NCBI GenBank assembly: GCA_002189035.1
Contig: NEEC01000013.1
Coordinates: forward strand, 2,418,001-2,482,000
Direction of reading: 5' to 3'
Length of the DNA: 64,000 nt
Source: Utricularia gibba
Taxonomy: Eukaryota; Plantae; Magnoliophyta
Positions 43,001-56,309 of the stretch are shown piece after piece. The notes beneath the pieces were generated by a model that saw nothing but the letters and a program-made list of their open reading frames with translations, was not told the origin of the DNA and did not search any database. Made by a program: the position numbers and the translations under genes. Position 1 is the first letter of the stretch. Every line of letters begins with the position of its first letter.

Positions 43001-46000
43001 TATCAAATATGAAGCATACCATGATTTCGATACATAATATAATTTTCCATCAGAAGAAGGCTGGCCTGCAAGTGCAGCCTCAGCAAGTTCTCTCATCGAA
43101 AATCTTTGATCTCTGTATATATTTGCTTTTGCTTTAACATGGCACATCTCCAAGATGCATTCTATGCAATGATCACCCTTGCTCAACACTGGACCACCTT
43201 TATACTAGCCACAGTAATAGCAAAACATTAAAGGACTACATCAATATACTCACAAAACATTAATCACAATTTAAAAGTTCCACAGGCACGTATGTCTTCA
43301 ATATTGACACTATAAAAAAACTAAGATAGCCATATTAACAAAATGCAGGAATCCAAATTCAGCAGCATGTTGGGTAGTGCAGAAGGTACCTTTGAAAACA
43401 AAGCATTCCAAGCTTCAGCTGATAAGCGCTTCATGCAATTAACCATTGAAAGTGGCACCTTTCCATGGGAACACTGTATGTTGGTGTTCTTGAGAGGCCT
43501 ATACATTGCAAAGATTTTACATTTACATCAGTCCATGTTAGCTTCCTCTATGAACCAATTAGGATGTATTTACGCAGGCTCTGGTACAACCATACTGATC
43601 TTATAACGCTGTAGTACTAACAATTTTGAAACAATAAATATTCTATTAGAAATAACCACAATTTAGCATTTTGAGTTCGTTAACGTGTAATTTATACTCC
43701 ACCGAAGGATGATTCATTAACCCATTGCTAATTCTTAATTAAATTAGTTCAACACTATGTTGTGAACGTTCCAGCCAAAGCAATCTTGCATTTATCAGTC
43801 ATGTTCGAAAATTCTATAAGATCACCCTAAGTACGTGTAATTTTTAAACAGGAACATACTAGGTAAACAATATTTGCACAAAAAGGTGGAAAATACATTC
43901 ACTTACTCAGGATGGACACCGTCTGCCCATTGACGAAGCCATTCAGTAGAAATCCAGAAGTATGGCTTCTCAAGTGATGAAACTGGGGCTTTAGAAAGGA
44001 TAGAACGGACCTCCTCCCGTCTCTTCATTATGTAACTCAATGTTGATTCTTTCTTTGACTTGTACAGTTCACAAGAATTAAGAATCTCTGAGTTCAATGT
44101 ATCAACGTGTTTTGAAAGATGTGAAGGAAGCGGCCTATCAAACTCCTGAAAAAATTCAGAATCATTTGTTCCTATTTTTTGCCCATTCAACTGAGCAATA
44201 ATATTTTGTGCCTCGCCACTTGGCTTCCGAAGTGCATACATTAGCATGTAGGCCTCAGTTGAGGAAAATGATTGGACATATTTAGCTACTGCTACATCTG
44301 ATGATGACATCTGGCTTGCATTGGAGACACTTGTATGTGAGGTAGGGCATAGCAATTCAACTGGTTGACTTTCCACTGCTTTGCTGGAAACATTTAAAGC
44401 AGTGGCCGCAAATGGTTTCATTCCCAAGTTTGAAACTTGCTCATCATCAAACTCCCACCACTCACCAGTTTTTTGATTCTTTATCTGAGCAACATAATGT
44501 CCACTGTTGACGGCAGAGCCCTTATGTATCAAAACCGCGGTTAAATCATATATCAAATCCCCTTGGGAGCATTCTGACAGCCTTGCTGCCATGTCCAGTT
44601 CTACAGGGAAATGAAAGGCTGACGTTATCTTTTTCTTCGTAGTAGTCTGCAAAGAAACACGTCATACCATCAAAATCCGCCATACATCAACTATTTTATT
44701 GAGAAAGCAACTAAAAACATGCGTAGTGTCAAAATGTGTACATAAACATGTAAAAGGACCAGCAATCCATTAATGCCAGTGAATAACTGGCAAACTAGAG
44801 CGTTCAAAAACATTCTACACTCCTAAAAATTTAAGTATACACGTCAAGAATAGTTGGTGATAAAAACTTGGAGCTGCGGTTTCATGAAGTCACATCACCA
44901 AATGATTCCTCTTGAAGTTATGATGCATGCGAATCCAAAACAACTAGTCATCATGTGGCAAAGGCTTGTTGTATCTCATAATACGAAGGATTGGTAACTA
45001 AATAGATAACAAGGAAACAAACATTTAATGTGTATCAGGGAAATTCCTTTTTTGTCATTGAATAAAAAGCCATATAAGGATAACAAAGCCACATCTCCCT
45101 TATGAGAAAATAAATTGTAGCCATTTTGCAGGCAAACTGCACGCATGTATCTGCCTAAAATGAATTACAACGTTATTCCACAAAACAGGGATGTTCATTC
45201 AAAGGAAGGGAGAATATTTTGTAAAACACAAACATTCAATAGAACATCACATGAAAAACCGTGAGGCTTCAAATACACAACATAACAAATGGAAAAACAA
45301 GCAATTACATTTGGCAGGAAAATGTAGCGCTTGAGCTGAAAATTTAGAAAGGGAGGTAGACACCGCAATTTAATGCTGCGGTTAGCATCAACATGCATAG
45401 CACACACGGAACAGTAATATTGGTTTTCTCCATGAAGCTCCTCAGCACTGAGGTAATCATCCAAACTATCATCGAGACAATTCAAGCCTTGAATATTTAA
45501 CTCCAATTCGTAGAAGTCCTCAATTTTAGATGATGCTTCAGATTCATTACCACATTTTGAGCACCTACAGTATCCAACAGAAATAAGCCATGTAATAATT
45601 TCGATAAAACACAAAAAAAGAAAGAAAAATAGTTCACAAAATTTCAATAAAGAGGCTGGACATAAGGATCACAATTATGAGCAGCATATGGAAATGAGTA
45701 ATACCGAGTCACATGAGAGATGCCCCCCGAAACAGGTCCCACACTATTGTGCGGGACGTGGGAACTGCAGACCGGCTCAAACATTGTTCAAGCAGTGACA
45801 ACAATAAGGTGAGGAACTCATGGCTATCCTGCTGGACACCGTTATCTAGTTCCAAAGTTTGAATAAAAGGTGCTGAATCAACAAAGCCCATCTTACTAGA
45901 ATGCAATAGGGCAAAAAGCTGTGCAAGGTTATTGAGAACAGGATCACCGTCCAACACTTCAGGTTCTACTGAAAAAACACCTTCTCTAAATGACTTATTC

Positions 46001-46811
46001 ATGTACAGACACTGTAAAATACTGTTAGCATAGCAAGTTGCACCAAGATTTGTAAGTCCTGCAGGTGTACTGGGGCAGGGACGGAGGTCATCTGATAAAT
46101 CGGTACCCAGGGAGTTTAGAATTTCTGATGTCTTCTGCCACAAGCCAAGTTTCCGACTTCCATGGAGAGGTGGGATCAACCCGCAAAAGCAATTAGGATT
46201 GTCCTTGGTATTAACTCGACAACTGTGACACACAGGCTTCCAAATCATGTACAACTGATTAATGTCCTCCTCAGAAACCTCTCCATGTGACATAATCTTC
46301 CTGCAAAGCAAACGTAAGAGAGGCAAGCATAGAGGTAACAAAACCAAATGAGAAAGGTCCAACCGAGGCCCCATAAGACATATGATTTGCCTCAGCCAAA
46401 AGAAAATTGGTGTTTTCCATCAACCAAAATAAAACCCCTTAACCTCTACTTCAAACAGTGCAATATGGTTCAACGTCAAGCACAAAAAAAAAAAAAAAAA
46501 ACAAATGTATCATTTCAGCTGACATTGAAAGAAGCAAGTTTCAAGTTCACTTAAATGGGCAGCACCTCCAACTGCACCAAGCAATTAGAAAACTTTAAAA
46601 ATAACCTTCTTCAAAAAACCCAGGAAAAATCAGGAGGATTACAAGTCAAACGACAACAAAATCTGTATTAATAAAAAAAACCTGTAGAGTTTAATTCAAA
46701 AAAGAAATAAAAAAACACCCAGAACCTGAATATTTCAGAATCAGTCTGGAGGTTATCGTCAGCCCTAGTCCTCTTGTTCTTACTCCTCGTCGTCGGCCTT
46801 TGATGACCCAT
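40027..46811 (-). CDS. UBP26: Ubiquitin carboxyl-terminal hydrolase 26 (13 exons; two 1-nt frameshifts)
   Basis: Exons 46811-46726, 46300-45705, 45564-45309, 44646-43907, 43498-43390, 43204-43020, 42789-42505, 42433-42229, 42139-42068, 41882-41659, 41206-40943, 40729-40588, 40139-40027. Cys box [20 protein letters not shown], His box [17 protein letters not shown]...WEFDD, DUSP-like CPHGQLLP repeats, C-terminal Ub-like region. Confidence 0.93.
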
Positions 46812-47945
46812 CGTTTCTATTCCTTGACAGAGCAGATGATCGATCACTCAGAAGCTCGGATAACAAGATCAAACTAAATGACAGAGGCTTCCATCCGATA
46901 CACTTTCCCACAACCAACGACGCTCCGTGGTCCTTCGACGCCACGACAAGGAGGGAAGCGACGGAAGCTAGAGGTTTTGGGGAGACCCTTTTTTAATTAT
47001 ATTTTTATTCCATCCCGCGAACACAACATGTTCCACACATAGGGCTCCAACCTTCTATATCTAACCCGGCAAAAGCGGGTTCGGGTCTTGTGTGGGAAAA
47101 CCTGACCCGAGACCCCACTCCACATCCATAGACATTTCATGACACAGTGCAGCCAATTAAGGTGATAAACTTTACTAAAAAATTCTTATAACTCTAAGTT
47201 AATTACGTTTTTGTCCTTTTCTTATTATGGGAATTTTAACTTTTTAGTATTTTTCTTGAAATACGTGTCAACAGTACACAAAATATTATTACATGAACCA
47301 CGACCGCGGATGGCGGTTTTGTAAGATACGGCATGACTTTATTACACTGATAGGGTTTTCGTTTAGCACAATCCATTACACACTGTTTGAAGTTCAGATT
47401 TTGCGACAGAGATTTCCAGGCGGCTCAGGTGAATCGGGATGGGTTTTGGTCGATTTGGTGTTTAACGCAATCCATCATCGGCATCGTTGTATCGCGTTCC
47501 ATTTAGTGAAGCTATTCCTTGATCTGTTGTTAGTTGTAACTGGTTTGATCGCAGCTGCTTGGGTGATCAGGCCGATGATGGAGAATTCTGGCTTGCATCC
47601 TGAGATTCAGGTTGGTAGATGGTGGAGAAAATGAGAAGGAAGATTAGGGTTTTAAAAGGGTGAAACGAAGAGGAGGTGGAGAATGGGGTTTTTATTCCCA
47701 GATACACGTCTGCAGCATTTGGTGTGATGGGCAACGTATCAGACACGCGTGTCCGAAGGGAATGCGTGTAGTGGAGACAGACTTGGTGTACGTGGGTAGC
47801 TAAAATATTTCAAGACATCCCTTGCATTGCATCACACTCGAGATCTCCACGAAACACAGCACAGCTTTTGGAACCACACTACTTCCAATGATTTCATAAT
47901 AACCGTTTTATTATCATTATCCCAATGGCAGCAGCAGCACCAGTC

Positions 47946-48590
47946 CTAACAACACACAGACCCCGATTCTGCTTCAGATGTCATCCCCACGAACTTGCGG
48001 TTTTCGCTGCAGCTGGAGGGGAACATGTACGGCCACGAGTCGAGCACCGGTGCCACCACCGGAGCACTAGCCGGGGCAACGGGAAGAGGGTGGTGATGGC
48101 TGTTGCTGCCTGAAGAAGACGAATCTGTCTCTTCAGGAACTTGACATACCTAACCGCTTCGTCCAACATGGAGGCGGTGTCCATTTTGGTTCCACCGGGG
48201 ACGAGCCGTTGCAGAATCCTCATCTTCTCTCCGATCCTCTCACGCCGGTGACGCGCCGCCACGCTCTGCGGGTCGTCGCTGATCCTAACGTTCCGACGCC
48301 TGGGCTTACGGATGACGGCCGGGTCGACGTCCACCGGCTGCATCGCAGCGATCTTGAACATCATTTCCTTCATGGCTCCGAGTTCCTCCTCCGGCTCATC
48401 TTCCTGCTCCACCCCGGATCCATCACACCCCCGGAGCTCCGCCGAATTGGCTGTACTGATAATCGGGGCCGTTGATGGGAGGATAACAGCACCATTTATC
48501 TGGAACAAGGTGGTGCTGCTGCTGCTCCTCAGTGTAGGTCTCCCAAAGCCAAGACGCGGAGTCCGTGAACTTGTAATGGCTCATATCCAT
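47946..48590 (-). CDS. HEC: HECATE/IND-type bHLH transcription factor (intronless; three inferred 1-nt losses)
   Basis: HEC motif [21 protein letters not shown] and b[52 protein letters not shown] at 48590 (MDMSHYK) is in another frame. Ends depend on restoring Gs at 48428-48432, 48412-48415 and 48109-48110. Confidence 0.85.
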
Positions 48591-51182
48591 GAAAGCAATG
48601 GAGACCCAGATCTCAAAATGTGATCTTTTGAATGGAACAATTGGGTTGTGGAGCTAGGAGTGGGTTTAAGTACAAGTTAGGCATAGGAAATGGGAGGAGA
48701 AGAAGGAGAAAGCGAGATAGACAAAAGAGAAATTTAATGCCTTTTGGGACCACAGGCTCTTTGTATACCTCGAAATGGTGAACTTGACAGCCGTAAAATA
48801 TCGTGAAACTATGAATATGTGTGAGAATTAGGCATATGAGATCACCCCCACCTCGCTAAAGTGTTTTCTAGGGTTTCGTTTTCAACGCCAAACTTATACT
48901 AAATAATATACATCAACACCTTTCCATTTATTTATGGATTCAATCGTCTGTAAACTGGACGCCGGAGTTGGCAACAGCACACATTCATCTTACCCATAAG
49001 CATTCTACAATGGTTTTGAGTAACCAGCCGCATTTGCTTAAAATTCACAAGTGGGTCTCAAAACTGAACTCTTTAAAGCTGCTGCATCCACATAATTTTG
49101 CATTACAGAACTCAAGAATGGAGACAAAAGAAGCTGCTCTACGGTTGCAAGGGAAGTTTTAACAAAAGAAGTGTTTTAAGAGGGGATCCATGAAGAGGTC
49201 TCCGTGTCTCCTCCTCCTTCCTCTGGTGTCTAGCCACTGCTGCGTTTGATGGAGTCTTCCATTTACAGTGCAGAAGAGAAAAAATGGGTTAGATATCGGG
49301 CTAACACTAACTCCAGATGCTTCCTGCTTTCCTTCTTTCCTTGAGCTCACGAATAATTGAAGGTGCAGCAGGCCATCAATGAACTGAATTTCGCATTTCG
49401 TGTACTCTTCAGGCTAACTGAATTTTCTTGGTATATACGCCTCCTCTTTCCTTTTCTAACGATTTTCTGATCTCACCACTATTTATTTCTCTGTTTGATT
49501 GGGTCAAAAATCATTTTCTTCTTTTTCCCACCCACCTAACTAAAAACAAATTGTAGCACTGTTAAGAAAAGCATGTGAGATAAAAATGGTGTCATACTCT
49601 AAATCCTCTAATCCTCTGCATGCAACGCGGCTACTGGTAAAATGTCGAAGTTCTACTTTCAGAAGAAGCCGAATAGCTCTGGGTAGAAAGACTGAAATTG
49701 AAGGGTGGAAAAAAACAAAGCTTTGGAGCAGCAGAAGCAGGAGCAGGAGCTCTTGGAAGAAGATCCCTAGGTGTTTATTCTCTGTCTGTCGCACATGAAT
49801 GAGAAGAAGAAAAAGGAGAGCAGAGAGTTTGAAAACGAAGGGAAAGTGGCAAGTGTTGGCGAGAAAGGGAAAAAGCCGGTTTGGTTCTTGTTCAGGCCGA
49901 ACAAGGGAATGGGATGCGTCTGCTGTTTGTGGGTTCGGTCAACCACCACCGCACCCTTTTAACACCTCCCCCCTTACCCTCGTCTCCTCTTCTCCATCAC
50001 ACCATCCCCTCCGGCCATCACCAAAAAAAAAAAAACAGTTTATAGAATTAGGATATAAAAGATTTAATTTATTTGAATTTTAGAATAACAAAACTTTTGG
50101 TGTTTTTTTGTTGTTGTTGTTGTTCCTGCCATGCAATCTCAGTGTGCAGTAAATACTAAAGAGAAGCCATCATCGTTCCTGGGGAAGAAGAAGGATACCG
50201 GGAGTTAAAGGAGAAGGGGGAGTTTGCAGGAGGAGTGGACAGTTTCCGATGGCATGAAAGAAACTTTGGCGAGCATGAATCCATGCCGATCCAAGGATTG
50301 CAACTTTTCTGAACACTCATGATTGTTCCCTTTTCCATCCTTTCCTCCAGAGCCCCTTCACACTGCCTGCTAGGGATGGAAACGGATGATTACCCCTCCC
50401 TGTACTTGCGTTTCCACATCCATGCTTACAACCATTCACTTTCTCATCGTGGGCATTTTCTTTTCCAGCGGGGAATGAGATCCCATCACCAGGAGAAGAA
50501 CAAACGCTAAATTTAAAATATAGGTTGGTAAACTGGGTTCAGAACACAGGATGGGTGGGGTTCCGATGGGCGGTGGCCGGCGTCGTCTGAAAATGTAGAG
50601 CAAAAAACTGAGTATCTTCAATGGGCTTTTCCAACTACTCGAATGAATGCTATGCTTCAGTTGGGTTAAGTGGGATGAGGCGGAAAGGAAGAAAATTCAT
50701 CTGGAGATGGATACTGCTATAAAGCTTCCCGACAAGTCAAGATGGCGGCTGCGAGATGTTAGAAGGGGAATGGTGATTCATACTACGATCAGTACGGTCT
50801 TATTTGGTATCTATATAAAAAAGTTTGATTATTTTATAATAAAGAAAAATTATATATTTGATATGGAGGATAAAATAAATACATATTATTATACATGAAT
50901 TAGAAAAATTCACTTTCTGTATATGTTTACTCATTATTTTATATAAAAAAGTAATAATTTAATTTAATTTTAATAATAATAACTTTAATTTATAATATTT
51001 ATCAATCAAATGTATTATTTTAATAAATATTTATAAAAAAATAATTATTATTTTGAAATTATTAAACAAAATTTAACTAATTTTTAATTATTTTATTTTA
51101 TTTCTTTAATGTGTATATATATATAGGTGCATGAAAATGAGATAACGTCTGGATGGACATCATCGGGATGGTGGGAATGTCC

Positions 51183-52108
51183 ATGCCTTTCTCTGCATCT
51201 CTGCGCCGCAGCTCCTTCTCTGCCTTGTCGAAATTTCATCACACACCCATAAAATTTCCGATAAACGTCCGGGTTCCCAGAGCTGTAAAATCCTCAGAAC
51301 CGCCGGAGAATGAGAAAGCGGCGGCTGCCCCCGAAACATCGGCCGCCGCGGAGCCAACGATTCGGACGGTTCCAAGGCCCAACAAACCGGTGTACTCCAG
51401 TTAAGCGAAGCGATGGAATGTATTTCATCTTTCGTGCGCTAATCAGCATTCTTATATACTTTTGCAATTTGGTTCGACAGTGAAGAAGGGCCAAATCGTG
51501 AGAGTGGATAAGGAGAAATATCTCAACAGCATCAATGTTAAATCAGTTCCTTTTTTCCCATAGTTTTTTACTTTTGTTTTGAATTTGATGGATTTTTGAT
51601 TGTTTCTCAGTATCTATCAGTCGGGCATCCACCTTACTATAAGGGCCTGGACTACATATATGAGGACAGGGGAGAGGTAAATTTGTTACATATCATTGGT
51701 GAAATTGTTTTACGCTGTGAAACATTTACCAATGTTTTTTTTTCCTCTCATGTGGGCTTTGAACGAGAAATAACTGTTTTTAGTGTTTGAAACACGAAAG
51801 AACATTGGTACTTCATGTTTACTGATGGGGTACTTATGTTTTAGGTGTTGGATTTGAAGATATTTGAGACGGGTGAATATGCCTTGGTAAGTTTGATGCA
51901 TTGACTCATGCAAAAACTGGGTTGGCATGTTAATGAACGGTAGCTTGACGCTGAAGGTTGCATGGGTTGGAATACCGACTGCTCCAGCCTGGCTTCCAAC
52001 AGAGATGCTAATCAAGGTATCTAATCTTCTTTAGCTCTTATGTTTTGGAACTGGGAACCTAATCATGGCGATTAACAGTCGGATAAGCTTGATTACGAGA
52101 GAATATAA
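51183..52108 (+). CDS. NdhO: Chloroplast NDH complex subunit O (6 exons, intact)
   Basis: Exons 51183-51399, 51481-51536, 51611-51676, 51845-51886, 51957-52016, 52079-52108. KKGQIVRVDKEKYLNSINYLSVGHPPYYKGLDYIYEDRGEV...PTAPAWLP. Upstream in-frame ATGs (51153 onward) are possible. Confidence 0.93.
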
Positions 52109-53175
52109 TGGAGGAGGAGCTGTCAGAGATGCTGCTAGCACCTACATCAACTTTGAAAGTGTAGCGTATATGTGAAGTTGAAGCACTGAATGTAACACAG
52201 CAATCCCATAATCCAGTTAGTTTCTAAATTGATTGCACTACAATGGCTTTTGCCTATCCTGTTCTTACTACAGCTTATAAAGCATAATGTCCTCAAGGTC
52301 AGCGACAGCAACAAACTGCATGATACTATAATTGCAATATCATCTTTCCACGAGTAAAAAATGAATCTTGAATGCATTGTAATGATTCTCAAGATTGACT
52401 TTGGCGTCAAAAATCAATTTTACCAGTTATCTGGGTTCGATCTAAGGATTCCCTATCAGTGTTCTATTCTTTTCATGCACAAATTGCATTATTCGGGGTG
52501 AGTAGCTTGTGGGTCATATATCACTGCCGCTTCCTGAAGACATCAGACTTGAACCGGTAAGCACAAGACAGGATTTTTAGTTTAGTTCTGTGAGTGCACA
52601 ACTAGCTACTTAGCTAACTCAATATCCTAAAATGAGTGGATTGTCCTATTTTTAACGTTGAGATGCTAAGTCTCCGCGACTAACTCTTCACCATTCTTTG
52701 TTTCATGAGGACATGTGGTGAAGTTCTCTTTCTAGCTTTTTCCGCAGGATGCCTAAGACATCAGATCTTCACTACACCCTGAAATTACGCTGCATCTCAG
52801 GTCGTTATCCTGTTGATCTTCTCTATTGTTCTAAGTTTCGGAAAGGTTGCTGACTATTCAATCGCCTAAGGTACAACTTTCAGTTTCCCATTTTTTTTAT
52901 GTTCTACAGATTTTAGGCTCTTTGACATTCTCTTCTTTTTATGTGCTAGTTGGATTTTAGCGAGTGTTTATGATGAAAGAGAATTAAATGAGTGATCTCG
53001 CTTTGGAACCCACAAAATGAATTCTGGACAAACAATTCGTGTTCTTTACAGGAGTATTCTTCTAATGAAAATGAATATGTAGAGTCTAGGTAGGATGATT
53101 CAAAAGGACTAGAGAACGAATACACATTTAGCTTTGTGTTTTCCTTTGCAGTTCCATTCGTCAGGTTTGAGAGGA

Positions 53176-55050
53176 ATGGGTGCCTCAAGGAGATGGTTCA
53201 AAACCTTGCTTGGCTTGAGGACTCATGAGAGGCCACAATGTTCCATCACAGATGGCAATGTAGGTGCCATTTTCCGATGCCGTTCATGAGCTCAGGTCTA
53301 CCTTCCCGTTAACAATTCTATCATGCATTTTGACTCCAAGTGTTTTTCTCATGTTTTCCAGAGTGCCACGCCACCAGTGGCATCAGGGATCAAAGCTGCT
53401 GCTCTGCAGAGACTGATGATGTTGCCTCACAAAAGGCCTCGGGAGAAACTGAGTATGTTGATGGTGTGCATGTGGTTCCTTCCTCCCCTTCACTCACTGC
53501 TCACTATGGAGCTCAAATGCAAGCAAGTTGGAAAGAAGAGTGGGCTGCGAAAAAGATTCAAAGGGCATTCAGACGACCACGGGAACATACAGATGATTTT
53601 GCTTCATCTCCATGGAATTTGCAATATGTAATTGGTATTGAAATGCAGAGCTCTGGAGCAATTTCCAAAGAATGCAGCCAACCTGAACACCTTGTTCAGG
53701 TTCAAGGCCATGCGGTTAATGATGAGTTGAACGGCAATCTCATTGAAGATGCTGAGAAGATGAGCTGCTCGGAATCAATTAGCTCGCCATCTACATCACT
53801 AGAGCTTGCTAATGCCTCTGAGGATGCTGCAGCCACAAGAATCCAAAGAATGTTCAGACAATTTCTGGTAAGGCAACATTTATGATATTCGTGCCATCCA
53901 TCTTGTAGTGGGTGTGTCTGAATCACATCGCCCATCAGGCAAGGAGAGCTTTGCGTGCTTTGAAAGGGCTGGTGAGGCTTCAAGCTCTAGTCAGAGGCCA
54001 TGCTATTAGAAAGCAAGTTGCAACATCTCTAAATCTTATGCAATCTTTAGTTAGAGCTCAAGTCTCTGTTCAAGCAGACCAAGCAAGACTTGCCCGCAAG
54101 GCATTAGAGAACCATAGCGCAAAGCAAAAGCATCACCAACACTACAAACATGAGGATCAGGGTAAGGATACTGAGGTAGGATCCTGATAGGTAGCTTGTC
54201 CTCATGAACCAAATGGAACAATAAACTTGTATAATTTAAGAAACTCTGTCATCTTCCGTTTTCATGCAGGAAGGGTGGTGTGGGAGTGCTGGCTCAGCTG
54301 AAGAAATCCATGCTAAGCTATTGAAAAGGAAGGAGGCAGCAGCTAAGCGCGAGAAAGCAAAGGCATACGCTTTAGCTCGCCAGGTAAATCCTTCTGTTCT
54401 CTAAGCACCATCCTCTTGGTTTTCACAAATAGTGATTCACGACAGAATACAAATAAATGCAGTGGCAAGCAAGGCCACAAGCACCACCACCATCTGCTGA
54501 TCTCCAAGATGATCAAACCAACTGGAATTGGAATTGGTTAGATCGTTGGACGGTGTTGCGCTCATCCGAACCCGGACCGGTGGCCCAGCCAGGTTCACCG
54601 ATGAAGAAGCAAACTGCTAATGGGAAGGTTTCTTCACCTGTAGCATCAAGAAGCATTCCGGAGAAGCCTCGAAAACTCTCAACAAGCAAGAGCTCTAAAT
54701 CCGTGTTGAGAGAGGAAACCAGAGCATCCAGCTGGGAACAAAAGGGTAATACTACCAGATCACAAAGCACTCCTAGAGAAAGAGTGAGTCACAATGATAA
54801 AGAAAGACTGCTGCGCCCCACTGACAGAAAGGAGAAGAAGCGGCTATCTTTACCAACCAACGGTAACATCTGTCAGTTTTTACCACATAACCATGTCATG
54901 ACACACTATGTTTACTGCTCTCCTATCATTCCAGATCCAAGTCAGGGAACCCAATTAGCCAGGCAAACAACACGGCCAGCAGTAAAAAGAACTACCAGTG
55001 CTCCTCGACCCTTGAAGCCAAAACCAAATCCAGATGCTGGTCGCCTTTAG
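53176..55050 (+). CDS. IQ67-domain (IQD) calmodulin-binding protein (6 exons, intact)
   Basis: Exons 53176-53263, 53362-53867, 53939-54175, 54270-54383, 54463-54862, 54935-55050. [11 protein letters not shown]; IQ67 [13 protein letters not shown]|[26 protein letters not shown] with the typical phase-0 intron; [28 protein letters not shown]. Confidence 0.92.
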
Positions 55051-55713
55051 CCTCAGTCATTGATAGAAGATATATGTGATGATAGAACTGCACTTGGGTG
55101 CCTAAATTATTTCAACATTGACCAAAAAAGCGTGTTGGGGTAGGAGATACAGAAACAAGCAGTCACCTTTATGTTGGTTTCATGAAAGCTAGCTAGCACT
55201 TGATGCCCACGTACGGAACCGCCCCTCCCGTTGTTTCGTTTTCATTGTGTTGTCTGCCTCCCATTTTCTGTTCTTTTGATCATCACCCTACCCTACTCAC
55301 TCTCGCTGGGGGGTCCATCCCAAGTTAGAAACTCTCTGGCAAAAGAAATTGATATTTGGAATTTATTCAGCTTTTTTTTTTTTTTCTCGCGAAGAAAAAG
55401 TTCAGACGAAAAAGAAAATGCGGTATTCGATCCCGATTAACAGAAAAAAGAAATACCTTTATTACTACACACCATGCTGTGAACTGGAAAAAAGGTGAGG
55501 GTGAGTCTGATGTTTGTGTGGGTGTGTACGCGTCCATCATCAGACGTTAGTGCGATATGGACGCCGGAGGAGACGAGGTTTCTGATCCAGAGAAAGCCTT
55601 CGCTTTCATGGACTTGGATACGCACGCACATAACAAAACTAAAGGAGGGGAAAGATGACATGATGTTCATGGAACGACCACCACCCCACTTTACGCATCA
55701 AGCATTCCTTCTC

Positions 55714-55720
55714 TATAAAA
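55714..55720 (+). promoter_or_regulatory. TATA box upstream of SAUR
   Basis: TATAAAA 65 bp upstream of the SAUR ATG, followed by a pyrimidine-rich (CTT)n leader. Confidence 0.55.
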
Positions 55721-55784
55721 CTTATCATAAATTCTCCCACTTCATCACGCTTCTTTCTTCTTCTTCTTCTTCTTGTTGTGGGAG

Positions 55785-56081
55785 ATGCAGAAGATCAGAG
55801 TGAAGAAAGGCTGGATGGCGGTGAGGGTCGGATTGGAAGATGAAGAAGTTCGCAAGTTTTACATACCCATCACCTATCTCTATCACCCGCTGTTTCTGGA
55901 GCTACTTGAGAAGGCCAGGGAAGCTTATGGGTACAGAAACTCCGATGGCCCTCTCCGGTTGCCTTGCTCCGTTGACAGCTTCATCCACATGCGGTGGCGG
56001 TTCGAGAGAGAATCCTCCCTTGACTGCGCTTCTGCTCATCCCCACCGCCACTGCCTCCCGGCGCCATATTTGCCTTGTTGA
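55785..56081 (+). CDS. Small auxin-up RNA (SAUR) family protein, intronless
   Basis: VKKGWMAVRVG...KFYIPITYLYHPLFLELLEKAREAYGY...GPLRLPCSVDSF is the SAUR core. Confidence 0.92.
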   Translation: MQKIRVKKGWMAVRVGLEDEEVRKFYIPITYLYHPLFLELLEKAREAYGYRNSDGPLRLPCSVDSFIHMRWRFERESSLDCASAHPHRHCLPAPYLPC

Positions 56082-56309
56082 GATCATCTCCCGGGGCATT
56101 CTTCCCTGTGCCTGTGCCTCTCTTTTTTTTTTAGGGGGTTACTACCAACCAAAAAAAAATCCTTGTTGCCAAGGGGTATGCTGCTATCATGATTTTGTAA
56201 ACATTTGGAATGAAACCCATGTAATAGTAGCGTTATCGGGTAAATTGTGAGACAAACAACAAAAGACAAGCAAAAGAAGGCGAGAGAGCACCAAAGAATG
56301 CTGATACAT

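Noticed and set aside
48845-48910. USE-like cccccacctcg followed by a TA-rich stretch
   Set aside because: Imperfect match, and no recognisable snRNA, 7SL or telomerase RNA downstream.
50248-50291. Short hairpin (gatggcatgaa / tccatgccgatc) as a miRNA precursor
   Set aside because: The stem is only ~11 bp and there is no known mature miRNA sequence.
53259-53362. Apparent frame conflict between IQD exons 1 and 2
   Set aside because: Resolved by the GT donor at 53264 (phase 1); no indel is needed.
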